NCBI GenBank assembly: GCA_964016885.1
Contig: OZ024740.1
Location: forward strand, 17,608,001-17,672,000
Direction of reading: 5' to 3'
DNA from: Eledone cirrhosa
Lineage: Eukaryota
Length of the DNA: 64,000 nucleotides
Shown piece by piece: positions 52,538 through 64,000 of the stretch. A program made the translations under genes and the position numbers. The first letter of the stretch is position 1. Each line of letters begins with the position of its first letter. A model generated the notes under the pieces. That model worked only from the letters and a program-made list of their open reading frames with translations. It ran no database searches and was not told where the DNA came from.

Positions 52538-54926
52538 CATATATACATACATATATATATATATATACATATTATGTAGATAAATCTACCAAGAGTTTAC
52601 GGTAGTGTCCAATCCGTATGAAGAACTCAATGTATTCCGGATATCATGGAAAGAAGAGATGTAATGAAAAATCACTTTCGGTGAAAGATAAACGGTATAC
52701 AGAGTCAAGATAAAATATTAAACAAATAATGAATAAAACAATGAAACAGTTCCTTATATTAAACAAAAAAAGTTCATTATTTAACGATCGTTTCTAGGAT
52801 ATATATGTGTTAGAATTGGCATGCATATTCAACAGATCTATGTACAAAATTATACAAAATTATACAAACTATCAAGATTAAATATACATACCAAACACTG
52901 TTTGGTATGTATATACTGTAGAATATATATACACACACAGATATAGCTATCCCCTAAAATAACTGTAGAATATATATACACACACAGATATAGCTACCCC
53001 CTAAAATAACTGTAGAATATATATACACACACAGATATAGCTATCCCCTAAAATAACTGTAGAATATATATACACACACAGATATAGCTACCCCCTAAAA
53101 TAACTGTAGAATATATATACACACACAGATATAGCTATCCCCTAAAATAACTGTAGAATATATATACACACACAGATATAGCTATCCCTTAAAATAACTG
53201 TAGAATATATATACACACACAGATATAGTTACCCCCTAAAATAACTGTAGAATATATATACACACACAGATATACCTATCTCCTAAAATAACTGTAGAAT
53301 ATATATACACACACAGATATAGCTACCCCCTAAAATAACTGTAGAATATATATACACACACAGATATAGCTACCCCCTAAAATAACTGTAGACTGTGGGA
53401 GAAAAGTGGTGTAGTAGATATTTGCATGAAATTTGAGAAGATTAAAAAAAAAAATGATTATTTCATGTACGTACAACCATGCTAGGGTCCAAATAGCGAT
53501 CTGGTGTTATACTAGGGTCTGGGAACATGCTTGCTCGGCGGATCACAAGGCCCGGCTTTTTCTTCGGCTGGTAGCCAAACGTGGGTATTTTCAGGGATAT
53601 GGGTTTGGAATAATATAACTTAAATGCAGACATTGTGATGTATATGCTCTGATCTGGGGATTGTAGTTGTTCACAAATGAGGAAAACTCAATATTTATAA
53701 TAGAGTATTGTATGCTTCTCTGATGAAGCTTGGCAAACACATGTTTAACCAAAACATTGTAGCCATGTTGTAAGAATATGGTTAAATCACAGGGGTGTGT
53801 GTGTGTTTGTGTGTGTGCGTGTTTGTATGTGTGTGTGTTTTTGTGTGTGAGTGTGTGTGTGTGTTTGTGTGTGTTGGTGTGTGTGTGTGTTTGTATGTGT
53901 GTGTCTGTGTTGGTGTTTGTGTTGCTGTTTGTGTGTTGGTGTATGTCAATGTTTGTGTATGTCAATGTTTGTGTATGTCAATGTTTGTGTATGTCTATGT
54001 TTGTGTATGTCTGTGTCTGTGTATGTGTGCGTATGTATATATATATATATGTGTGTGTGTGAGGTATCTGTAAGTATCCCTGTTACACACTTAAGTGTTG
54101 AGCAAGTATTTTCCTTTTCTTTGTATTAATTATCCAGGCAGCACCACAACAACAACAACAATATCAATTATTAGTATTATAGTGAATCCATGAAAGGCAG
54201 AGAAATATATTGAAGGATTAATCCAAAAGAATGAGGTGTGGAAATGTTGGAACCGTGACAGAAAGTAAGTGGAATATGCATGGTTCTGTCCGAGAGAGAG
54301 AGGACGCACCAAGCACTGATGAAGACTAGTACTATCAGCTAGAGGTGAGATATAATTAACTAATAATTAGACTTAGTATGGAGATAGATAGCTAGATAGA
54401 GAGGAAGGGAGGGAGGGATGGAGAGAGAGGGAGAGTGAGGGAGAGTGAGAGGGACAGAGAGGGAGGGAAAGGTGGCTATTGTAATAACTGTGACGATGAT
54501 GATTATGATAGTGATGTTGGTGATAATAATGGTGGTGGAAGTGGTGATAATGATGATGATGTTAGTGCTGGTGTTGATGGTGATGGTGGTAGTGAAGATA
54601 GTAATGATGAATGTGGTGATGGTGGTGGTGGTGATGGTGGTGGTGGTGGTGATGGTGGTGGTGGTGATGTGTGTGTGTGCTGATGTGTGTGTGTGACAGT
54701 TAATCTGTGGTGGTGGTTAATCTGTGCTAAATAGTTTAGAGATACTGATGATGTGTGTTCAACACACACACACACATCAACACATACACCAGCACATATA
54801 CACACACATCAGTACACATACACACACCCATCAGCACATACACACACATATATATTTAATTATAATTATTGATGCTCTGGACAAATGTCCACCGAGCTTT
54901 TCTACTGAAAATCACAAATATATATA

Positions 54927-55203
54927 TCATCATCATCGTTTAATGTCTATCTTCCACGCTAGCATGGGTTTAGACGGGAGTTGTCCCATTCGAGGCAAGA
55001 TTGGTCAGATGACTATGTCCTGCTCGCATAGAACTGTCTGGCAGGTTTTCTACGGCTGGATGCCCTTCCTAACACCAACCACATTTACAGTGTGGACTGC
55101 GAGGTTTTTACCGTGTTACCTACCCGACCACATTACAGCGTGGACTGTGTGGTTTTTGTTGTTGTGACACCTACACGACCCCATTTATTTAGGACTGGAT
55201 GCT

Positions 55204-55207
<4 letters not shown>
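54927..55207 (-). mobile_element. RTE 3'UTR fragment
   Basis: Reverse complement of the RTE tail, with (TA)n flanks. Confidence 0.85.
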
Positions 55208-55251
<44 letters not shown>

Positions 55252-55252
<1 letters not shown>

Positions 55253-57750
55253 TAGCGGAGCTACCCAGCTTCGCTCAGTGTTAAAAAGCTTATTTAGAAA
55301 AGAATAATATTAACATTTTAATCGTTATTTAAAAACTTCTGTAATTTAGTTTCTATTTTTTAGATTTTAACATTTATCTTTAAATGACTGAATGACTGAC
55401 GAATTTAAAGAAAATTCGTTATAAGAACATTTAATTTGTTTTACTGAAGTGCTTTTGGATACACAATGTTTTTTGTTTTTCCTTCTGGTGCGTACACGAA
55501 TAAATGAGAAGGTTTACCGAGGCGTGAGCAATCCACATACAGCTGTCCATGTGAGAAGCATGGATTTTCTAAATTTAGTCCACACACTTGTAGCGATTGT
55601 CCTTGTGCTTTGTTGATAGTCATTGCAAAGGCGAGTCGCACCGGAAACTGCAAACGTTTGAAATCGAATGGCGTATCTGTTGGAATGATTGGGATGCGTG
55701 GCAAGAGTACATCTTCTCCTTTAAATTTTCCATTTAAAATTGTAGCCTCGATGATATTGTTCATCGTCTTTTTCACTGAAAGTCTGGTACCGTTGCAAAG
55801 TTGTGGTGGATTGATGTTTTGGAGAAGGATGATAGGCACGCCAATTTTCAATGTTAAAATGTGCGGTGGCATGCCTGGCAAATCAAGTGAATTCAAGAAT
55901 TCAATTGGATAATTGATAATTTCGTCTTGATTCATTACAGTATCGATGGACTTATACGTTGTCGCTTCGCCTGGTATTTCGTTTTGAATGCTGAAATTAA
56001 TGGCATTGACATCGTTGTTTTTGGCTGCTAATATAGCACGTACACTGAGCCACTGATGATTTTTGTAATGCTGCGCAATATTTGGGAACACTTTGTGAAT
56101 CAGTTCGTCTCTGGTTGCCATGATTCTACAGAAGTTTGTTGGCAATGTGATACATTTTGTGGAATCATCGATTACCATTTTCCCATTCCCAATATCCAGC
56201 AATTGTTTTGTGAAACGTTCAGCGGATGCGTCATTTTGTAGTTGTACACGCATATTGTTTTTTAAAGTTAATTTCTGTACGTGTCGCCATAAAACTGATG
56301 ATTTGAGACATGCATTAAGCTCATCAGCGGGTGTTGATCGCGGTATAACTGGTAGAGTTTGTCGAAAATCACCAGACAATAAAATGAGTGTGCCACCGAA
56401 GAGCTGTTCATTTCCTTTCAAATCTTTTAGCGTATTATTAAGCGCTTCCAATGATTTTTTGTGCGCCATAGTACATTCGTCCCATATAATGATTTTACAT
56501 GATTGGAGTACTTTACCTATACCAGAATTTTTGGTAATATTGCATGTTGATGTCTCAGCGATTTGCATATTCAATGGCAATTTCAGGGCTGAATGTGCTG
56601 TTCGGCCCCCATCTAAAAGAGTTGCCGCAATTGCAGATGATGCGATTGCCAGTGCAATATTATTTTCTGATCGTATAGTTGCCAAAATAAGTGAAATGAG
56701 AAAAGTTTTGCCTGTACCACCGGGCGCATCTATAAAATACAATCCGCCGCTTTGACTTATAATTGCCTGCATAATTTGGTCATATACTATGCGTTGTTCT
56801 GGTAGCAATTTGGGAAGATTCGTTTGAACAAATGTACCCAATTCGGCGACATCAAAGTTTGTTTCTCGTTGCAAATCACGATCGAAAATGTCGTTTACAG
56901 ATCGATTCGGCGCAGGCATTCCCAATTGTACCAATGTTTTGTTAACGATTGCTAAACATATGACCTCAATGGAAACCAATGCTTCATTATACACATTTTG
57001 TGTGAATTGAATATTCATATTTTGATTTGTTGCACGCAAACGATGTAGGATGTCTTCACTCATGTAGTCTTTATATTTTTCCCAAAGATCTTTTGGATTT
57101 GATGGGAAGCACGTTGTCAATATTATTGAGAATAATGTGCGTATTTGCTTTGGTCGAGCAGTATTCGATGCATCAGCGAGTGAAGTGTCCCAATGTCCAT
57201 CATTTTCAAGAAGATTTAATTCTTGGCAAGCTTCACGATAAGTGGCACATACTTGACCGTTTACTGTTCTCAATTCTTGGAATGATGTCGGTCCACGTAT
57301 GTGTCCAGGTCAGGAAAATAAGGACAGACGAAATGAAGATATCAAATTACAGCACTTAGTTAAGGGCTAGCTGAAAAAGAATTCCCTGTAATGGGAGTGG
57401 AAGGGAAGTAATGTGAAACAGACACTATACTAATTCTATTGAAATTATCTTTAATTAAAAAAATTTCACACTCGCTCTTTCACTCACTCTTTGTCTATAC
57501 GTTGATTTCTCTTTCTCCGTTTATGGCACTCTCTCTTTGTCTATACGTTGCTCTTTCACTCTCTCTTTGTCTCTACGTTGATTTCTCTTTCTCCGTTTAT
57601 AACTTTAGAGACAGTCTAATATAGGGAGTGGTTCAAAGCAGCCAGACTACTCGCTCTTTCACTCTCTGTTTGAATATACGTTGATTTCTCTTTCTCCGTT
57701 TATATCTTTGGACAAACAAACAAACATACATTCATTTTTATATATATAGA
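55252..57750 (-). mobile_element. Internally deleted Helitron with both termini
   Basis: 5' end A|TCTATATATATAAAAATGAATGTATGTTTG at 57750. 3' end is a GC-rich hairpin plus CTAG|T at 55252. No TSD, A|T target. Confidence 0.88.
55441..57300 (-). pseudogene. Helitron PIF1-like helicase half of RepHel (Rep/HUH domain missing)
   Basis: RGPTSFQELRTVNG, DAPGGTGKT, IIWDECTM, GDFRQTLPV, LCNGTRL, QFPVRLAFAMTINKAQGQS, HGQLYV. Open for ~620 codons with no upstream ATG or Rep motifs. Confidence 0.88.
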
Positions 57751-57755
57751 TATAT

Positions 57756-58098
57756 GGAGGCACATGGCTTAGTGGTTAGAGCATTGGGCTTGCAATCGAA
57801 AGGTTGTGAGTTCAATTATCAGACCAGGTGATGTATTGTTTCCTTGAGCAAGACACTTTATTTCACATTGCTCCAGTTTACTCAGCTGTAGAAATGAGAT
57901 GGTAGGGACTGGGGTCCCTATCATTCCACTGCAAAGTGGTCGTGGAGGTGCCACGGCAAAAAAGCACCCAGCACTCACTGTAAATGAGGTTGGTGTTAGG
58001 AAGGGCATCCAGCTGTAGAAATCAAGCCAGAATCAGTTCCCGTCCCACCCTTGCAAGCAGGGAAACAGTGGACGTAAAATGATGATGATGATGATGAT
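57756..58098 (+). mobile_element. tRNA-derived SINE with CORE-like body and RTE tail
   Basis: A and B boxes, CCTTGAGCAAGACACT body, tail matching the RTE subfamily B 3'UTR, (GAT)n end. A partial tail duplicate lies at 58232-58363. Confidence 0.88.
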
Positions 58099-58364
58099 GA
58101 TACACACACCATTACATCACAACTGACACCTGTATCTATCTAGATAATGTGACAGGTACATATCAAGCCATGCACAGATAGATACAACAGCCACATACAA
58201 CACATAGACACAACACACATATATATACATACACTGTAAATGAGGTTGGTGTTAGGAAGGGCATCCAGCTGTAGAAATCAAGCCAGAATCAGTTCCCGTC
58301 CCACCCTTGCAAGCAGGGAAAAAGGGGACGTAAAATGAAATGATGATGATGATGATGATGATGA

Positions 58365-59688
58365 CACATAGAGAGAGGGACACACACACACACATGTAAA
58401 CACATATATATATATAGAGTGGGGGAGAGATATACACACACATGTAAACATATATATATATATAGAGAGAGAGAGAGGGGGGGGAGATATACACACACAT
58501 GTAAACACATATATATATATAGAGAGAGAGAGAGGGAGTGGGGGAGAGATATACACACACATATAGAAAGAGAGAGGGAGAAATACACACACATGCAAAC
58601 ATATATATATATAGAGAGAGGGGGTGATATGCACACACACACACAAACATACACACATATATAGAGAGGGGGTGATACACACACACACATGCAAACATAC
58701 ACATATATATAGAGAGGGAGGGGGTGATATACACACACAGACACATGCAAACATACACAGATATATAGAGAGGGGGTGATATACACACACACATTCAAAC
58801 ATACACACATATATTTAAAGCTGTATACAGCTATGGTACGACCACACTTGGAATTCGCATCATCAGTCTGGAACCCTTATCTTGCTCAGAACATTGACCT
58901 CCTGGAAACTGTTCAGAGACGTGCAACCAAGCGCATACCCTCCATCAGACACCCATCATACTCTGAACGCCTTGCTTCCCTGGGCATGGATTCATTGAAG
59001 CTCCGACGTCTGGCAATGGACTTGGTGACTACCCACAAAGTTATTAACCATCTCGCCAATTGCAACCCTGACCACCTTTTTGATCTCCATGTGTCTAACA
59101 CACGTGGACATGCCTACAAAATCAGAAAACAGCACAGCTCTCATGACTTTCGTAAACATTTTTTCACGCTCAGAGTTGCTGAAGCATGGAACAAACTGCC
59201 TGCGTCAGTTGTTAGCTGTCAAGACACTGTATCCTTTAAAACCCTCATGCTTCCCTAAATTCGCCAAACCTACACCTGATGTCCCCCTTCCATACACATG
59301 CACACGTGTATATCATGACTCATGCACTGTTCATTTTCCTGACGTTTGTACATTACCCTATGTACTATACGTACACTTTTTGATGAGTTGTAGTGCACCT
59401 GAGCACTGTACACAATATTTCATTATTATTATTATTATTATATATAGAGAGAGGGGGTGTGATATATACACACACAGACACATGCAAACATACACATACA
59501 TATATAGAGGGGGTGATATACACACACACATGAAAAAAATACACATATATATATAGAGGAGGGGGTGATACACACACACACATGCAAACATACACATATA
59601 TATATAGAGAGAGAAGGGGTGATATACACACACACACATGCAAACATACACATATATATAGAGAGAGGGGGGTGATATACACACACAT
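58365..59688. repeat. ~45-bp compound minisatellite interrupted by CR1
   Basis: ATATAGAGAGGGGGTGATATACACACACACATGCAAACATACAC units on both sides of 58812-59440. Confidence 0.8.
58812..59440 (+). mobile_element. CR1 LINE 3' fragment
   Basis: YLKLYTAMVRPHLEFA...NTRGH...WNKLP, 3'UTR and (ATT)n. Confidence 0.92.
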
Positions 59689-59834
59689 AAAGACCAGAAC
59701 GTACTAATAGTTTAACAAAAAAGCTGTATGGTAGATTGTTTAATTAAACTCAATCATTTATTGAACAAACATCAGCAGTGAAGTGAAAGCAACTCATTGT
59801 AGAGAACATCTATAAGATGTCGGTACCTAAACCA

Positions 59835-60022
59835 GGGAACATGTATATATAACAGCTAGACAGGAACCTGTATATATAACAGCTAGACAAGGACATGTAT
59901 ATATATATATAACAGCTAGACAGGAACATGTATATATAACAGCTAGACAGGAACATATATATGACAGATAGACAGGAACATGTATAAATAACAGATAGAC
60001 AGGAACATGTATATATGACAGA
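59835..60022. repeat. ~27-bp minisatellite
   Basis: GACAGGAACATGTATATATAACAGCTA x ~7. Confidence 0.85.
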
Positions 60023-60263
60023 TTGGGGAGGAGTGGGTTCTATGTGAGACAGCATAAGTTTGGGACCATTGATTCGTGCATTCCTCTTGATAAGACAGTA
60101 AAGTGTTATGTGAAAGAGATTTAGCTGCTATTTCTCCCATGACAAGTACACAGTAGTCAATGCTTTGTATCTAAGTCCATAGCTATGTACCGGTCATATT
60201 TAGTATGGTCAACACAATGATAGTCTCTCATATCATACTGGATAGTTTTGTGACCACACTGCA

Positions 60264-63200
60264 GTCACCAAAACAATGACCACAACTGTCACCACCACCA
60301 CCACATCTGTCATCACCAAACCTCAGTCACCACAACAATGACCACAACTGTCACCACCACCACCACTGTCATCACCAAACCTCAGTCACCACAACAATGA
60401 CCACAACTGTCACCACCACCACCACATCTGTCATCACCAAACCTCAGTCACCAAAACAATGACCACAACTGTCACCACAACCACCACTGTCATCACCAAA
60501 CCTCAGTCACCACAACAATGACCACAACTGTCACCACCACCACCACATCTGTCATCACCAAACCTCAGTCACCAAAACAATGACCACAACTGTCACCACC
60601 ACCACCACTGTCATCACCAAACCTCAGTCACCACAACAATGACCACAACTGTCACCACCACCACCACCACCACTGTCATCACCAAACCTCAGTCACCACA
60701 ACAATGACCACAACTGTCACCACCACCACCACGACTGTCATCACCAACCCTCAGTCACCACAACAATGACCACAACTGTCACCACCACCACCACCACCAC
60801 TGTCATCACCAACCCTCAGTCACCACAACAATGACCACAACTGTCACCACCACCACCACCACCACCACTGTCATCACCAACCCTCAGTCACCACAACTGT
60901 CACCACCACCACCACCACCACTGTCATCACCAACCCTCAGTCACCACAACAATGACCACAACTGTCACCACCACCACCACCACCACTACTGTCATCACCA
61001 AACCTCAGTCACCACAACAATGACCACAACTGTCACCAACACCACCACGACTGTCATCACCAACCCTCAGTCACCACAACAATGACCACAACTGTCACCA
61101 CCACCACCACCACTGTCATCACCAACCCTAAGATCACCACAACAATGACCACAACTGTCACCACGACCACCACCACCACTGTCATCACCAACCCTCAGTC
61201 ACCACAACAATGACCACAACTGTCACCACCACCACCACCACCACTGTCATCACCAACCCTCAGTCACCACAACAATGACCACAACTGTCACCACCACCAC
61301 CACCACCACTGTCATCACCAACCCTCAGTCACCACAACAATGACCACAACTGTCACCACCTCCACCACCACCACTACTGTCATCACCAAACCTCAGTCAC
61401 CACAACAATGACCACAACTGTCACCACCACCACCACCACTGTCATCACCAAACCTCAGTCACCACAACAATGACCACAACTGTCACCACCACCACCACCA
61501 CCACTGTCATCACCAACCCTCAGTCACCACAACAATGACCACAACTGTCACCACCACCACCACCACCACTGTCATCACCAACCCTCAGTCACCACAACAA
61601 TGACCACAACTGTCACCACCACCACCACCACCACTGTCATCACCAACCCTCAGTCACCACAACAATGACCACAACTGTCACCACCACCACCACCACCACT
61701 ACTGTCATCACCAAACCTCAGTCACCACAACAATGACCACAACTGTCACCACCACCACCACCACCACTACTGTCATCACCAAACCTCAGTCACCACAACG
61801 ATGACCACAATTGTCACCACCACCACCACCACTGTCATCACCAACCCTCAGTCACCACAACAATGACCACAACTGTCACCACCACCACCACCAGTCATCA
61901 CCAACCCTCAGTCACCACAACTGTCACCACCACCACCACCACTGTCATCACCAAACCTCAGTCCCCACAACAATGACCACAACTGTCACCACCACCACCA
62001 CCACTGTCATCACCAAACCTCAGTCACCACATCAATGACCACAACTGTCACCACCACCACCACTACTGTCATCACCAAACCTCAGTCCCCACAACAATGA
62101 CCACAACTGTCACCACCACCACCACCACTGTCATCACCAAACCTCAGTCACCACATCAATGACCACAACTGTCACCACCACCACCACTACTGTCATCACC
62201 AAACCTCAGTCACCACAACAATGACCACAACTGTCACCACCACCACCACTACTGTCATCACCAACCCTCAGTCACCTCAACAATGACCACAACTGTCACC
62301 ACCACCACCACTACTGTCATCACCAACCCTCAGTCACCACAACTGTCACCACCACCACCACCACCACCACTGTCATCACCAAACCTCAGTCACCACAACA
62401 ATGACCACAACTGTCACCACCACCACCACCACTGTCATCACCAACCCTCAGTCACCACAACAATGACCACAACTGTCACCACCACCACCACTACTGTCAT
62501 CACCAAACCTCAGTCACCACAACTGTCACCACCACCACCACTACTGTCATCACCAACCCTCAGTCACCTCAACAATGACCACAACTGTCACAACTACCAC
62601 CACCACTGTCATCACCAAACCTCAGTCACCACAACAATGACCACAACTGTCACCACCACCACCACCACTACTGTCATCACCAACCCTCAGTCACCACAAC
62701 TGTCACCACCACCACCACCACCACTGTCATCACCAAACCTCAGTCACCACAACAATGACCACAACTGTCACCACCACCACCACTACTGTCATCACCAACC
62801 CTCAGTCACCACAACAATGACCACAACTGTCACCACCACCACCACCACTACTGTCATCACCAAACCTCAGTCACCACAACAATGACCACAACTGTCACCA
62901 CCACCACCACCACCACTGTCATCACCAACCCTCAGTCACCACAACAATGACCACAACTGTCACCACCACCACCACCACTGTCATCACCAAACCTCAGTCA
63001 CCACAACAATGACTACAACTGTCACCACCACCACCACTACTGTCATCACCAAACCTCAGTCACCACAATAATGACCACAACTGTCACCACCACCACCACC
63101 ACTGTCATCACCAACCCTCAGTCACCACAACAATGACCACAACTGTCACCACCACCACCAACCCTCAGTCACCACAACTGTCACCACCACCACCACCACC

Positions 63201-64000
63201 ACTGTCATCACCAAACCTCAGTCACCACAACAATGACCACAACTGTCACCACCACCACCACCACTGTCATCACCAACCCTCAGTCACCACAACTGTCACC
63301 ACCACCACCACCACCACTGTCATCACCAAACCTCAGTCACCACAACAATGACCACAACTGTCACCACCACCACCACCACCACCACTGTCATCACCAACCC
63401 TCAGTCACCACAACTGTCACCACCACCACCACCACCACTGTCATCACCAAACCTCAGTCACCACAACAATGACCACAACTGTCACCACCACCACCACCAC
63501 CACTCTCATCACCAAACCTCAGTCACCACAACAATGACCACAACTGTCACCACCACCACCACCACTGTCATCACCAACCCTCAGTCACCACAACAATGAC
63601 CACAACTGTCACCACCACCACCACCACTGTCATCACCAAACCTCAGTCACCACAACAATAACCACAACTGTCACCACCACCACCACCACTGTCATCACCA
63701 AACCTCAGTCACCACAACTGTCACCACCACCACCACCACCACTGTCATCACCAACCCTCAGTCACCACAACAATGACCACAACTGTCACCACCACCACCA
63801 CTACTGTCATCACCAAACCTCAGTCACCACAACAATGACCACAACTGTCACCACCACCACCACCACTGTCATCACCAAACCTCAGTCACCACAACAATGA
63901 CCACAACTGTCACCACCACTACCACCACTGTCATCACCAAATCTCAGTCACCACAACAATGACCACAACTGTCACCACCACCACCACCACTGTCATCACC
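60264..64000. repeat. ~55-63-bp minisatellite with an internal variable (CAC)n, running off the window end
   Basis: GTCACCACAACAATGACCACAACTGTCAC(CAC)nTGTCATCACCAA(A/C)CCTCA tandem, >60 copies. Confidence 0.95.

Noticed and set aside
52775-52850. Minus-strand hammerhead-like CTGTTGA...GAAACGATCGTT
   Set aside because: Core is mutated, with no stem I and no adjacent stem II. Possibly a decayed Penelope remnant but unsupported.
53715-53770. CTGATGA...CAAAACATTGTA hammerhead-like motif, and CTGATGA at 54316
   Set aside because: GAAA is absent and the stems do not pair convincingly.
55441-57273. Host PIF1 helicase gene
   Set aside because: Intronless, bounded by Helitron TC/CTAG termini, and carries Helitron-specific upstream motifs.
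57756-57830. tRNA gene
   Set aside because: A and B boxes are present but run into a SINE body and tail with no acceptor stem; this is a SINE head.
60264-64000. Mucin- or extensin-like Thr/Pro/His ORFs
   Set aside because: Unit lengths are mostly not multiples of three and each unit carries a TGA in one frame. No sustained ORF or splice signals.

Overview
AT-rich, repeat-dense animal genomic DNA, most likely a coleoid cephalopod such as Octopus (inferred from the SINE/LINE families). The window is mostly introns of a minus-strand cordon-bleu-like (Cobl) gene. Four phase-compatible coding exons were reconstructed (23528-23300, 20465-20272, 7538-6848, 1425-1246), plus a candidate 57-nt microexon. 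The introns hold a near-full-length CR1 LINE, five decayed RTE LINEs with a PHD finger inside the RT domain, CRE-like and R4/Dong-like fragments, an internally deleted Helitron, two tRNA-SINE families, piggyBac/hAT/pogo-like MITEs and many mini- and microsatellites. Top leads: (1) clustered A-to-G substitutions in the CR1 3'UTR, and possibly its CAA>CGA>CGG tract, that look like ADAR hyper-editing written back into DNA by retrotransposition; (2) a G_GGA_AAC slippery site joining CR1 ORF1 to an AUG-less ORF2 in the -1 frame; (3) several hammerhead ribozyme motifs in foldback, (TA)n-flanked Penelope-like remnants; (4) satellites growing inside piggyBac MITEs. All family names come from motif recognition by eye; no database searches were run.
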